From a virus (lineage: Duplodnaviria > Caudoviricetes), in the IMG/VR virus record IMGVR_UViG_3300028396_000031, positions 1 to 33,410 of that record: a stretch of 33,410 nucleotides of DNA, one strand, 5' to 3'. Shown here piece after piece: positions 19,101-26,239 of this stretch; the first letter of the stretch is position 1, and each line of letters begins with the position of its first letter. A program made the position numbers and the translations under genes. The notes below the pieces were generated by a model. It ran no database searches. It was given only the letters and a program-made list of their open reading frames with translations, and had not been told where the DNA came from.

Positions 19101-19470
19101 CAGCCAATGATGCAGATGTGTTCTGTGTCCTAAGAGGTAATCACGTAACAGCGTGTGGAACTTACAAGAATAGACTTGTAAACGGGACGGCAAACAACAA
19201 CTAAAGAATAAAAGCTAAATGATGTAGGCTCTGAGAAAAAGCAACCTACGTGCTTAGATAATTTCGCTAACTAGGGATTATCAAGCATCCGCCAGATGAA
19301 TCTAGAGTAAGGGGTACCGGCTGACCGCCTCTGTGTAGTATATTACAATCTCTTTTAGTTAGTATGACGTCAGTACTCGGATAATGTACTACGGACATGA
19401 TTTGCCTGCGGATAGGTGAATTATGACTGTATCTGGATAATGCACGTAAGGGTTTATACTAGCATTGTTT
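19101..19470 (+). ncRNA. Putative large structured non-coding RNA of unknown class
   Basis: No long ORF. About ten nested helices, a terminal helix (19106-19113 with 19462-19469) and an 8-bp loop pseudoknot (19266-19273 with 19356-19363). Many G-U pairs favour the + strand. Confidence 0.65.
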
Positions 19471-19498
19471 ATTATCGTTTATAGATTAAAAGAAAAAC

Positions 19499-19543
19499 AA
19501 CTTCGAGTGTTAACGAAGAAGTTAGATGTCGCAGACATCTTTA
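19499..19543 (+). terminator. Tandem hairpins after the ncRNA, possible terminator or processing site
   Basis: AACTTC...GAAGTT (19499-19523), then AGATGTC-GCA-GACATCT (19524-19540) followed by a short T run. Confidence 0.4.
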
Positions 19544-19629
19544 ATAAGCCCAAAGAACTATGGTTTAATTGTTTTATTAGCAGTAACTATGACTTGACTA
19601 TCTGTTAGGTTATCACTGAACGTGAATCC

Positions 19630-19653
19630 AAAAAAAAGCACCCCTTGAGGTGC
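19630..19653 (-). terminator. Intrinsic terminator for the small membrane-protein gene
   Basis: The minus strand reads GCACC-TCAAGG-GGTGC-TTTTTTTT. Confidence 0.8.
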
Positions 19654-19692
19654 CTTCTTCTTATTCTGTGGAAATGGTGTAAGGATATTCTC

Positions 19693-19923
19693 TTACTTCT
19701 TATTCCAAATTGTGTATAAAACCCACACTGCAATTAAACCAACTAAGCCTTCAGCTCCTAAAGATTTAACTACTCCAGTTACGTTACCAATTACGTTAAC
19801 TTCTGGAAAAAACGGTATGTTACCTACGCCAAGTAGTTCTAATACGATAAACATCGCCATTAGTGATACAGCTACGTCAGCTATAGATGAACTCCATTTC
19901 TGAATGTTTTTTAATACTTCCAT
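19693..19923 (-). CDS. Small two-helix membrane protein of unknown function
   Basis: 76 aa with hydrophobic segments VAVSLMAMFIVLELLGV and GLVGLIAVWVLYTIW and a basic C-terminus. Strong SD AGGAGG and its own terminator. Confidence 0.8.
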   Translation of the reverse strand: MEVLKNIQKWSSSIADVAVSLMAMFIVLELLGVGNIPFFPEVNVIGNVTGVVKSLGAEGLVGLIAVWVLYTIWNKK

Positions 19924-20026
19924 TTTACTTCCTCCTGGGATTTTGTCCCGGTTATTACAGCGTTGGTACTACATTATTGTAATACTACGCTATTATTACT
20001 ACACATAAATTCTGCATAGTAACTAG

Positions 20027-20034
20027 TATTTAGG
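20027..20034 (-). promoter_or_regulatory. Late-promoter-like CCTAAATA upstream of the membrane-protein leader
   Basis: TAAATA core immediately 5' of a three-hairpin leader. Confidence 0.45.
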
Positions 20035-20133
20035 TCCGTTTACTGCTATAATATACACTGTTATTAAAAAAATGTTAGTTTGTATAACTATAACAATTTA
20101 TTAACTACGCATATTATTCTGAACCTAATTAGT

Positions 20134-20162
20134 ATATTAACAGAAATGTTAATATTTGTCAA
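20134..20162 (-). promoter_or_regulatory. Sigma70-type promoter overlapped by an inverted repeat
   Basis: Minus strand TTGACA (20162-20157), 17 nt, TGn-TAATAT (20139-20134). ATATTAACA-gaaa-TGTTAATAT dyad at 20134-20155. Confidence 0.55.
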
Positions 20163-20181
20163 GAGATCAAACACCAAAAGC

Positions 20182-20370
20182 CTAAAAGAAAGGCATTTTG
20201 GTTTTCTTTGTTGTCTCCATGTTATCTTTGATTATGTCGGAAATAATATCTCTTTCCTCCATTGATAAGTGCATTGCCTCAGTGTAACTCAGGCCCCCTC
20301 TCATGTACCAAGCCAATTTTAAACTTTCTTGTTTGATTGATTTTGTTTCTTTTTCCATACCATCAACCAA
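20182..20370 (-). CDS. gp51-like baseplate/tail assembly chaperone segment, probably the -1 frameshift extension of the upstream gene
   Basis: LAWYMRGGLSYTEAMHLSMEERDII resembles gp51/gpT-type C-terminal chaperone modules. No SD sequence. The frame stays open back to the slippery site at 20412-20418. Confidence 0.6.
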   Translation of the reverse strand: MVDGMEKETKSIKQESLKLAWYMRGGLSYTEAMHLSMEERDIISDIIKDNMETTKKTKMPFF

Positions 20371-20405
20371 CTGTTCAATTTCTTCAGGGCTTGCGGTCAG
20401 GAGCC

Positions 20406-21248
20406 TTATACGAAAAAATTTGACATATCCAAGGTAAATGGCTGTTCAAATCCTGTGTTACATTCTCTACATGTAATCTGTAATGGCTTCATTTCGCTTT
20501 GTCCACGAATACTTGTTAAATGATCCTGTATCTTTTTAAACAGCTTACGATCAATATTCTGCATAAACTCATTGATCTGTTGTCTATCTTCTACTACCTG
20601 GCCGCCAATGCTGATACTTTGTACACTTTCATTCATAGTGTTCATTGTCATCTTAGTTACTTCTGTTAGTGCCTCACTCATTGCTTTGAGTTTCTGCTCG
20701 TCTGTAACATTTTCTGCTTCACTAGTTAACTGAATACGTTTTTGTTGCTCGAACTGTTTCTGTGCTGACTCGCTTATTTCGTGATAGTTAAGCGGCTTAA
20801 AAAATATCTCTAGATCATCAATGATAAGTTTTTTTGAAAAGTCTGGACTTCCATACTGATCAATAACATTTCGCAAGTCAAGTGCATAATCCTGTGCTTC
20901 ATTACAATGCGGACAACTCACTGTCATTTCCATTTCATGTCCATAACTAGCAATACGAATTGCTGTAAACAACATGTCAATGTCAACCTGTGGTATTACC
21001 CACGGGTCTTTGATATTTGGTACACAACTTTGAAATAGCTGTGCTACTGCTGATCCATTAAAAAGTGCATCAGGCGTTCTAGTAATGATTTCGTCCATAG
21101 CTGTCATAGGAAAGATAGGTATCTCGCCGTTGCTAGGAATATCAATACTGTCTTTTGGATAGTACTTACCCTCACTAGGCAGTTTAACATAAATGCTAGG
21201 CTGTCTAAAGTACTTTTGTAACGGGTTAGAACTTGTATTTTGTACCAT
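20406..21248 (-). CDS. gp26: Baseplate hub assembly chaperone, T4 gp26-like
   Basis: NPLQKYFRQPSIYVKLPSEG...PMTAMDE...DIDMLFTAIRIASYG, two CxxC pairs (CPHC, CREC) and a C-terminal NFF. ATG at 21248 is preferred over the track start 21281. Confidence 0.7.
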   Translation of the reverse strand: MVQNTSSNPLQKYFRQPSIYVKLPSEGKYYPKDSIDIPSNGEIPIFPMTAMDEIITRTPDALFNGSAVAQLFQSCVPNIKDPWVIPQVDIDMLFTAIRIASYGHEMEMTVSCPHCNEAQDYALDLRNVIDQYGSPDFSKKLIIDDLEIFFKPLNYHEISESAQKQFEQQKRIQLTSEAENVTDEQKLKAMSEALTEVTKMTMNTMNESVQSISIGGQVVEDRQQINEFMQNIDRKLFKKIQDHLTSIRGQSEMKPLQITCRECNTGFEQPFTLDMSNFFV

Positions 21249-21259
21249 GGTTTTTTTCC

Positions 21260-21292
21260 GATAAATATTGTTACGTAACACTAATATTTATA
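21260..21292. promoter_or_regulatory. Face-to-face pair of late promoters around a palindrome
   Basis: GATAAATA (+, 21260-21267) and TATAAATA (-, 21285-21292) flank TGTTACGTAACA (21269-21280). Confidence 0.7.
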
Positions 21293-21317
21293 TACACATA
21301 AAACCAGGTTAAAATTA

Positions 21318-23321
21318 ATGGCAGATGAACAACAAGCACTAGAAGAATTTACCAGAAAGATACAAGAAGCGGGCGGTGCCACGGATGGAATGATTAAAAA
21401 TCTCAAAGACGCAGAAAACAGTCTTGGGAATTTTGCTAAAAAATCTGTAGCAGATGTAGCTAAAGGTGTGCAAAGCTTTGGTGGATCAGTTATTAACGGT
21501 AGTAAAAACTTTGATGCTTTACTGCCTGTAGTAGATGCTCTTGGATCAGCTATGGCTGGACTAGCAGGCGCAATTCCATTTGTCGGAGTTGGTGCCGCAA
21601 AGTTTGTTGAAGGTGCAACAGAAGCAAGTAAATTTTTAATCGGTGAGCTAGGTAAACAGGTAGGAACATTCCAAGAAGTCAGTAAGTCCGGTGTAATTGC
21701 CGCAGGCGGAATGACTGAATTTTCAAAACAAGCATTTGGTTCACGTTTAACTCTACAACAATTTAGTCGTGTGGTAACAGATAACAGCAAAGCATTAGCC
21801 GCAATGAGTGGTAGTGCATATGACGGAGTATCTGCATTTAGTGAAGTAACTAGTGTGCTAACCGATGATCAGGGAATGTTTGCTAGACGACTAGGTATGT
21901 CAGCTGAAGAAATTAATGAAATGACAGCTGGATTCATGAAACAACAAACTAGACTAGGTCGTACTCAAGGTAGAGGAACAGAACAGTTACTTGGAACAAC
22001 CACAACATATATTAAAGAGTTAGATTTACTATCAAAAATTACAGGTGAAAATAGACAAGAATTACAAAAACAACAAGAAGCAACACTGAGAGAAACTAGA
22101 TTCTCTGCTATGGTTGCAGGCATGAAAGAAGAAGAAGGTAAAAAATTATTAGACTTTGTTAGTGTAATTGGTAGTTCAAGTCCAAGAATTGCCGCTGGTA
22201 TGAAAGACTTACTAACTGCCGGAACTGCTACAACAGAAGAAGGTAGACAGTTAATGATGTTGAGTGGTGGTAGAGCACGAGACATTGCTAAACAACTACA
22301 GTCAGGAGCAATTGATCAAGTAACTGCAACTAAAATGTTGCAAGACGCAGTAGGACCAAACCTTGAACGATTTAGAGGTTTGTCAGCAATTTTAGGTGAC
22401 TCAAACGAAATGACAGCAGGCTTTGCTGAAAACTTAGCGTTTGCAACAAGGGAACTTACTTCATATGCTGAACTAGTAGAACAATCCAATAAACAAATGG
22501 GCGGGTCAGACCCACTAATTGTTGATATGACGACAGCACAGAAAAACATTGAAGACTTTGCAATGAGCCTAAACAAAGTCATTCTAGACATGATGCCTGC
22601 CACAGGCGAAATAGTAACTGTGTTAACAGACGGGTTGAAAAAAGTTACCAACATGGTAGACACTGGGTTTAAGATAGCAAAGGGTGAGATTACTGTAGCT
22701 GAAGCAGTGTTTCATGAGGTAAGTGGCAAAACAACTCCAGCAGAGTATCAAGAAAAAGCCAGACAAGAAATTACACAAAAAATTACTGAAGTAACACAAC
22801 AAAGAAAAGATAACTTTTTAAAATTGGGCAAAGAATACACTGCTGAAGACGAGGCTAAATCAAAACAGTACGCAATCAATAAGGTTAAATCTCAATATAG
22901 ATTTCGTAATAGTAATATGATGGATGCCATTGATATAGTAAAAGACTCTTTTGCTCGAGGAGGAATTGCAAACTTTCCAAATACCGGTGCTCTAGCAATG
23001 TTGCATGGCACAGAAGCAGTAGTACCGTTACCAGACGGCAGATCAATACCAATCAGCATTAACACAGACGAAATGGCAAAAGCACTTAGTCCAACAGGAG
23101 TCGCAGGTGCTAATTCATCAACTCTACCAGGTGGCATTACAGCAGATGCACTAACACCTGCAATGGCTACAGCAGTAAATGAAGTAAAGTCTGAAGCTAA
23201 CACTTTAGCAAGTGCTGACAATGAGTTAATGCAAAAACAAAATATCAAACTAGATGAACTAATTAGATTAATGGGCAAACAGGTATATGTGTCTGAGCAA
23301 ACTCGCTCTCAATTAATGTAA
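21318..23321 (+). CDS. Tape-measure-like tail protein (gp29-like)
   Basis: Ala/Gly/Thr-rich helical 667-aa protein. C-terminal FARGGI...GALAMLHGTEAVVPLPDGRSIP motif is common in tape-measure proteins. Adjacent to the chaperone pair. Confidence 0.7.
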   Translation: MADEQQALEEFTRKIQEAGGATDGMIKNLKDAENSLGNFAKKSVADVAKGVQSFGGSVINGSKNFDALLPVVDALGSAMAGLAGAIPFVGVGAAKFVEGATEASKFLIGELGKQVGTFQEVSKSGVIAAGGMTEFSKQAFGSRLTLQQFSRVVTDNSKALAAMSGSAYDGVSAFSEVTSVLTDDQGMFARRLGMSAEEINEMTAGFMKQQTRLGRTQGRGTEQLLGTTTTYIKELDLLSKITGENRQELQKQQEATLRETRFSAMVAGMKEEEGKKLLDFVSVIGSSSPRIAAGMKDLLTAGTATTEEGRQLMMLSGGRARDIAKQLQSGAIDQVTATKMLQDAVGPNLERFRGLSAILGDSNEMTAGFAENLAFATRELTSYAELVEQSNKQMGGSDPLIVDMTTAQKNIEDFAMSLNKVILDMMPATGEIVTVLTDGLKKVTNMVDTGFKIAKGEITVAEAVFHEVSGKTTPAEYQEKARQEITQKITEVTQQRKDNFLKLGKEYTAEDEAKSKQYAINKVKSQYRFRNSNMMDAIDIVKDSFARGGIANFPNTGALAMLHGTEAVVPLPDGRSIPISINTDEMAKALSPTGVAGANSSTLPGGITADALTPAMATAVNEVKSEANTLASADNELMQKQNIKLDELIRLMGKQVYVSEQTRSQLM

Positions 23322-23337
23322 TTTGGTTATATTTCCA

Positions 23338-23384
23338 TTGACATCCTAAACTTTATTTGCTAAAGTTTGTAATAGCGATAAATA
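23338..23384 (+). promoter_or_regulatory. Late promoter GATAAATA (23377-23384) and possible sigma70 promoter upstream of the portal gene
   Basis: TTGACA (23338-23343), 17 nt, TAAAGT (23361-23366), overlapped by the dyad AAACTTTA-N5-TAAAGTTT. The late motif follows. Confidence 0.6.
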
Positions 23385-23411
23385 CTATCCATAAGCAAAA
23401 AGGTTAACTAA

Positions 23412-25097
23412 ATGGCAAGCTGGAAAAAATATTTTAAAGTAGCAGATCGTACTGACGGATCAATGAGTCCAATCAGTGGTTCAAATCAACCACAGGGCAG
23501 TGTTGGTAACGATATCTCATATAAAAACTATCAATCAAGTTTACCAGAAGTATATTCTGGACATCCTAATCGTGTTGAAAGATATAACCAATACGAAGCA
23601 ATGGATATGGACTCAGAAGTCAATGCTTGTTTAGATATTATTGCAGAATTTTCAACACAGACCAATGATCAAAATGGTACAGCCTTTGAAATAGACTTTA
23701 CAGATAAGCCAACAGACAACGAAGTTGAAATAATTAAAACACAGTTACAACAATGGAATAAACTAAACAAGTTTGATCAACGTGCATTTAAAATGTTTAG
23801 AAACACAATCAAATACGGTGATCAGGTATTTGTTAGAGATCCAGAAACATTTGAACTATATTGGGTTGACATGACAAAAGTGTCAAGAGTTATTGTTAAC
23901 GAAGCTGAAGGTAAAAAACCTGAACAGTATGTAGTAAGAGATATTAATCCAAACTTTGAAAACTTAACAGTTGCGGCTAAAACAGCACAAGATGCACAAA
24001 TGAATCCACCAACACAGGGCGGATATACTGCACCTAATCAATATTCAGCACCAAACGCACAAGGCGCAGGTCAAGGTAGATTTGGTCAGTCAATTAACGA
24101 AAGTGCATTAGAAGCACAGCACGTAGTTCATTTATCATTGTCAGAAGGATTAGACTTTAAATGGCCATTTGGTACTTCGGTATTAGAGAACATTTACAAG
24201 GTCTACAAGCAAAAAGAACTGTTAGAAGATGCTATATTGATATACCGTGTGCAACGTGCACCAGAGCGTAGAATCTTCAAAATAGACGTAGGTAACATGC
24301 CAAGTCATATGGCAATGGGTTTTGTTGAGCGTATTAAAAATGAAATACATCAAAGACGTATTCCTACACAACAAGGCGGAGGCCAGAGTGTAGTAGATGC
24401 TACGTACAATCCATTATCAATAAACGAAGATTACTTCTTTCCAGTAACAGCAGATGGTAGAGGATCTAGTGTTGATACATTACCAGGCGGACAGAACCTA
24501 GGTGAGATTGACGACTTAAAATACTTTAACAATAAATTGTCTAGAGGATTAAGAGTACCAAGTTCATACTTGCCAACTGGACCAGATGAATCATCACAAG
24601 CAATGAATGATGGTCGTGTTGGAACAGCACTAATACAAGAATATAGATTTAACCAATACTGTATGCGTATGCAGAATCAACTAGTGCAAAAACTAGATGA
24701 CGAATTTAAAATGTTTTTACGTTTTAGAGGATTTAATATTGATTCATCATTGTTTAATATTAAATTTAATCCACCACAAAACTTTGCAAGTTACAGACAA
24801 GCAGAGTTAGACACTCAACGTGTTAATGTATTCACAGCGTTAGAATCATTACCATATGTGAGTAAACGATTTGCAATGAATAGATTCTTAGGACTAACTG
24901 AAGAAGAGCTAAGACAAAATGAAGAACTTTGGGAAGAAGAAACAGCAAATCAAGAATCAACACCAGCTTCAGGCAGTGATCTTAGATCAGTTGGTATCAG
25001 CCCAGGCGATATTGAAGCTGATATGAACACCGGTAGTGATCTAGAAGCGGAACTAGAAGCACCTGATGATATAGATGCAGGTGACGAAGAGATATAA
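23412..25097 (+). CDS. gp20: Portal vertex protein
   Basis: LLEDAILIYRVQRAPERRIFKIDVGNMP...EDYFFP...GRGSSVDTLPGGQNLGEIDDLKYFNNKL.RGLRVP is the T4 gp20 signature. Confidence 0.96.
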   Translation: MASWKKYFKVADRTDGSMSPISGSNQPQGSVGNDISYKNYQSSLPEVYSGHPNRVERYNQYEAMDMDSEVNACLDIIAEFSTQTNDQNGTAFEIDFTDKPTDNEVEIIKTQLQQWNKLNKFDQRAFKMFRNTIKYGDQVFVRDPETFELYWVDMTKVSRVIVNEAEGKKPEQYVVRDINPNFENLTVAAKTAQDAQMNPPTQGGYTAPNQYSAPNAQGAGQGRFGQSINESALEAQHVVHLSLSEGLDFKWPFGTSVLENIYKVYKQKELLEDAILIYRVQRAPERRIFKIDVGNMPSHMAMGFVERIKNEIHQRRIPTQQGGGQSVVDATYNPLSINEDYFFPVTADGRGSSVDTLPGGQNLGEIDDLKYFNNKLSRGLRVPSSYLPTGPDESSQAMNDGRVGTALIQEYRFNQYCMRMQNQLVQKLDDEFKMFLRFRGFNIDSSLFNIKFNPPQNFASYRQAELDTQRVNVFTALESLPYVSKRFAMNRFLGLTEEELRQNEELWEEETANQESTPASGSDLRSVGISPGDIEADMNTGSDLEAELEAPDDIDAGDEEI

Positions 25098-25100
25098 ATA
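25093..25100 (+). promoter_or_regulatory. Late promoter TATAAATA
   Basis: Exact T4 late consensus, overlapping the gp20 stop and 5 nt before the next ATG. Confidence 0.75.
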
Positions 25101-25105
25101 CTATT

Positions 25106-25324
25106 ATGATACTTAACGAACTATACAACAAACAACCAGGCTATCAAGACGCAGACGAAGATAAAAGCAAAGCTCGTATTGGTGACTTGCGTAAGACAAA
25201 GTTAACTTTAAAACAGTTAAACAAGTTACGTGTTATGAATGACGTAAGAACATACGAACAAGCAATGAAAGCAAAGCGTATTCAACTACAGTACGGAACA
25301 CAAGAAAACGACGTACAATTATAA
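25106..25324 (+). CDS. Small hypothetical head-morphogenesis protein
   Basis: 72 aa with basic LRKTKLTLKQLNKLR. Occupies the gp67/gp68 region between portal and protease. Confidence 0.7.
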   Translation: MILNELYNKQPGYQDADEDKSKARIGDLRKTKLTLKQLNKLRVMNDVRTYEQAMKAKRIQLQYGTQENDVQL

Positions 25325-25344
25325 GAATTCCTTATAATTTCTCA

Positions 25345-25370
25345 AAAAAGGCTCAAAAAGGCGCCTTTTT
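25345..25370 (+). terminator. Putative terminator/palindrome
   Basis: AAAAAGGC...GCCTTTTT, containing the perfect 16-bp palindrome AAAAAGGCGCCTTTTT (25355-25370). Confidence 0.5.
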
Positions 25371-25402
25371 GCCTAGAAAAACTCCTATATTAAGAAAAAG
25401 TG

Positions 25403-25410
25403 TGTAAATA
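25403..25410 (+). promoter_or_regulatory. Late promoter TGTAAATA
   Basis: Variant motif upstream of the GGAGA SD of the 25444 gene. Confidence 0.55.
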
Positions 25411-25443
25411 CACGCACGAAGAGATATATGGAGAAAAAATATC

Positions 25444-26208
25444 ATGGAAAATAAATTTGAACAACTTATCGAATACATCATTAATGATGAAGAAGATAAA
25501 GCAAAAGAATTATTTCACGATGTAGTGGTTGAAAAATCACGTGACATCTACGAAGAATTAATGTCAGAAGAAGAAGCAGAAGTTGCTGAATCAACTGAAG
25601 AAGAAGTATCAGAATCTACAGACGAAGAAGTTGCTGAATCAACAGAAGAAGTTGAAGAAGCTATTGAAACTGAAGAAGAAGTAGGCGGCGACCAAGCAGA
25701 AGACTTAATTGCTGACGTTGAAGCTGACGAAGAAGGTATTTCAGAAGATGACTACGATGAAGACGGTGAAATGGATGATCACGAAGAAGATCACGAAGAA
25801 CTAGAAGATCGTGTTGTTGACTTAGAAGACAAGCTAGACGAGTTAATGGCTGAATTTGAAGACGCTATGAAACCAGAAGGCGAAGAAGAAGCTCCAGCTG
25901 ACGAAGCTGAAATGGAACCAGAAGCTGAAATGGAAATGGAATCAACAGAACAAGCAACTGACGAAGTTGTTGAAGCTGAAGAAGAAGTTACTGAAGAAGC
26001 TTTAGAAGAAGGTGCAGAGCTTAAAGCGGCACCAAAACCAGAAACAAAAGAAGGCGCTGATCAAACTAAATCACCAGTAGCGGCTAATGCCGGTGCTAAA
26101 GGTGCAGAGGCAAAACCTCAAGCATCAAAAGGTGAAGAAAAAGGTTCAGCAACACCTAAAGCAGAAGATCAAGGCGGAACTACTGAGCCAGATCTTAAAA
26201 AAGTTTAA
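25444..26208 (+). CDS. Highly acidic prohead core/scaffold-like protein
   Basis: Very Glu/Asp-rich, with V-x-E-S-T repeats and the coiled coil ELEDRVVDLEDKLDELMAEFE. Lies just before gp21. Confidence 0.65.
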   Translation: MENKFEQLIEYIINDEEDKAKELFHDVVVEKSRDIYEELMSEEEAEVAESTEEEVSESTDEEVAESTEEVEEAIETEEEVGGDQAEDLIADVEADEEGISEDDYDEDGEMDDHEEDHEELEDRVVDLEDKLDELMAEFEDAMKPEGEEEAPADEAEMEPEAEMEMESTEQATDEVVEAEEEVTEEALEEGAELKAAPKPETKEGADQTKSPVAANAGAKGAEAKPQASKGEEKGSATPKAEDQGGTTEPDLKKV

Positions 26209-26239
26209 TTTAAACTTTATTATATAGGTACCTTACAAT

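Noticed and set aside
19101-19470. tmRNA, RNase P RNA or group I intron identity for the ncRNA
   Set aside because: GCA AAC AAC AAC resembles a tmRNA resume site but hits TAA after four codons, and no T-arm or CCA end is visible. There is no GAGGAAAGTCC-type P4 motif. No group I core or interrupted exons are seen, and gp46 is intact.
19560-19692. In-frame open stretch after the TAA of the membrane-protein gene (possible read-through)
   Set aside because: An intrinsic terminator lies inside it, and TAA is the normal stop throughout the window. Probably chance.
20080-20265. 61-aa plus-strand ORF
   Set aside because: No SD, a non-ATG start, and it overlaps the gp51-like ORF on the other strand.
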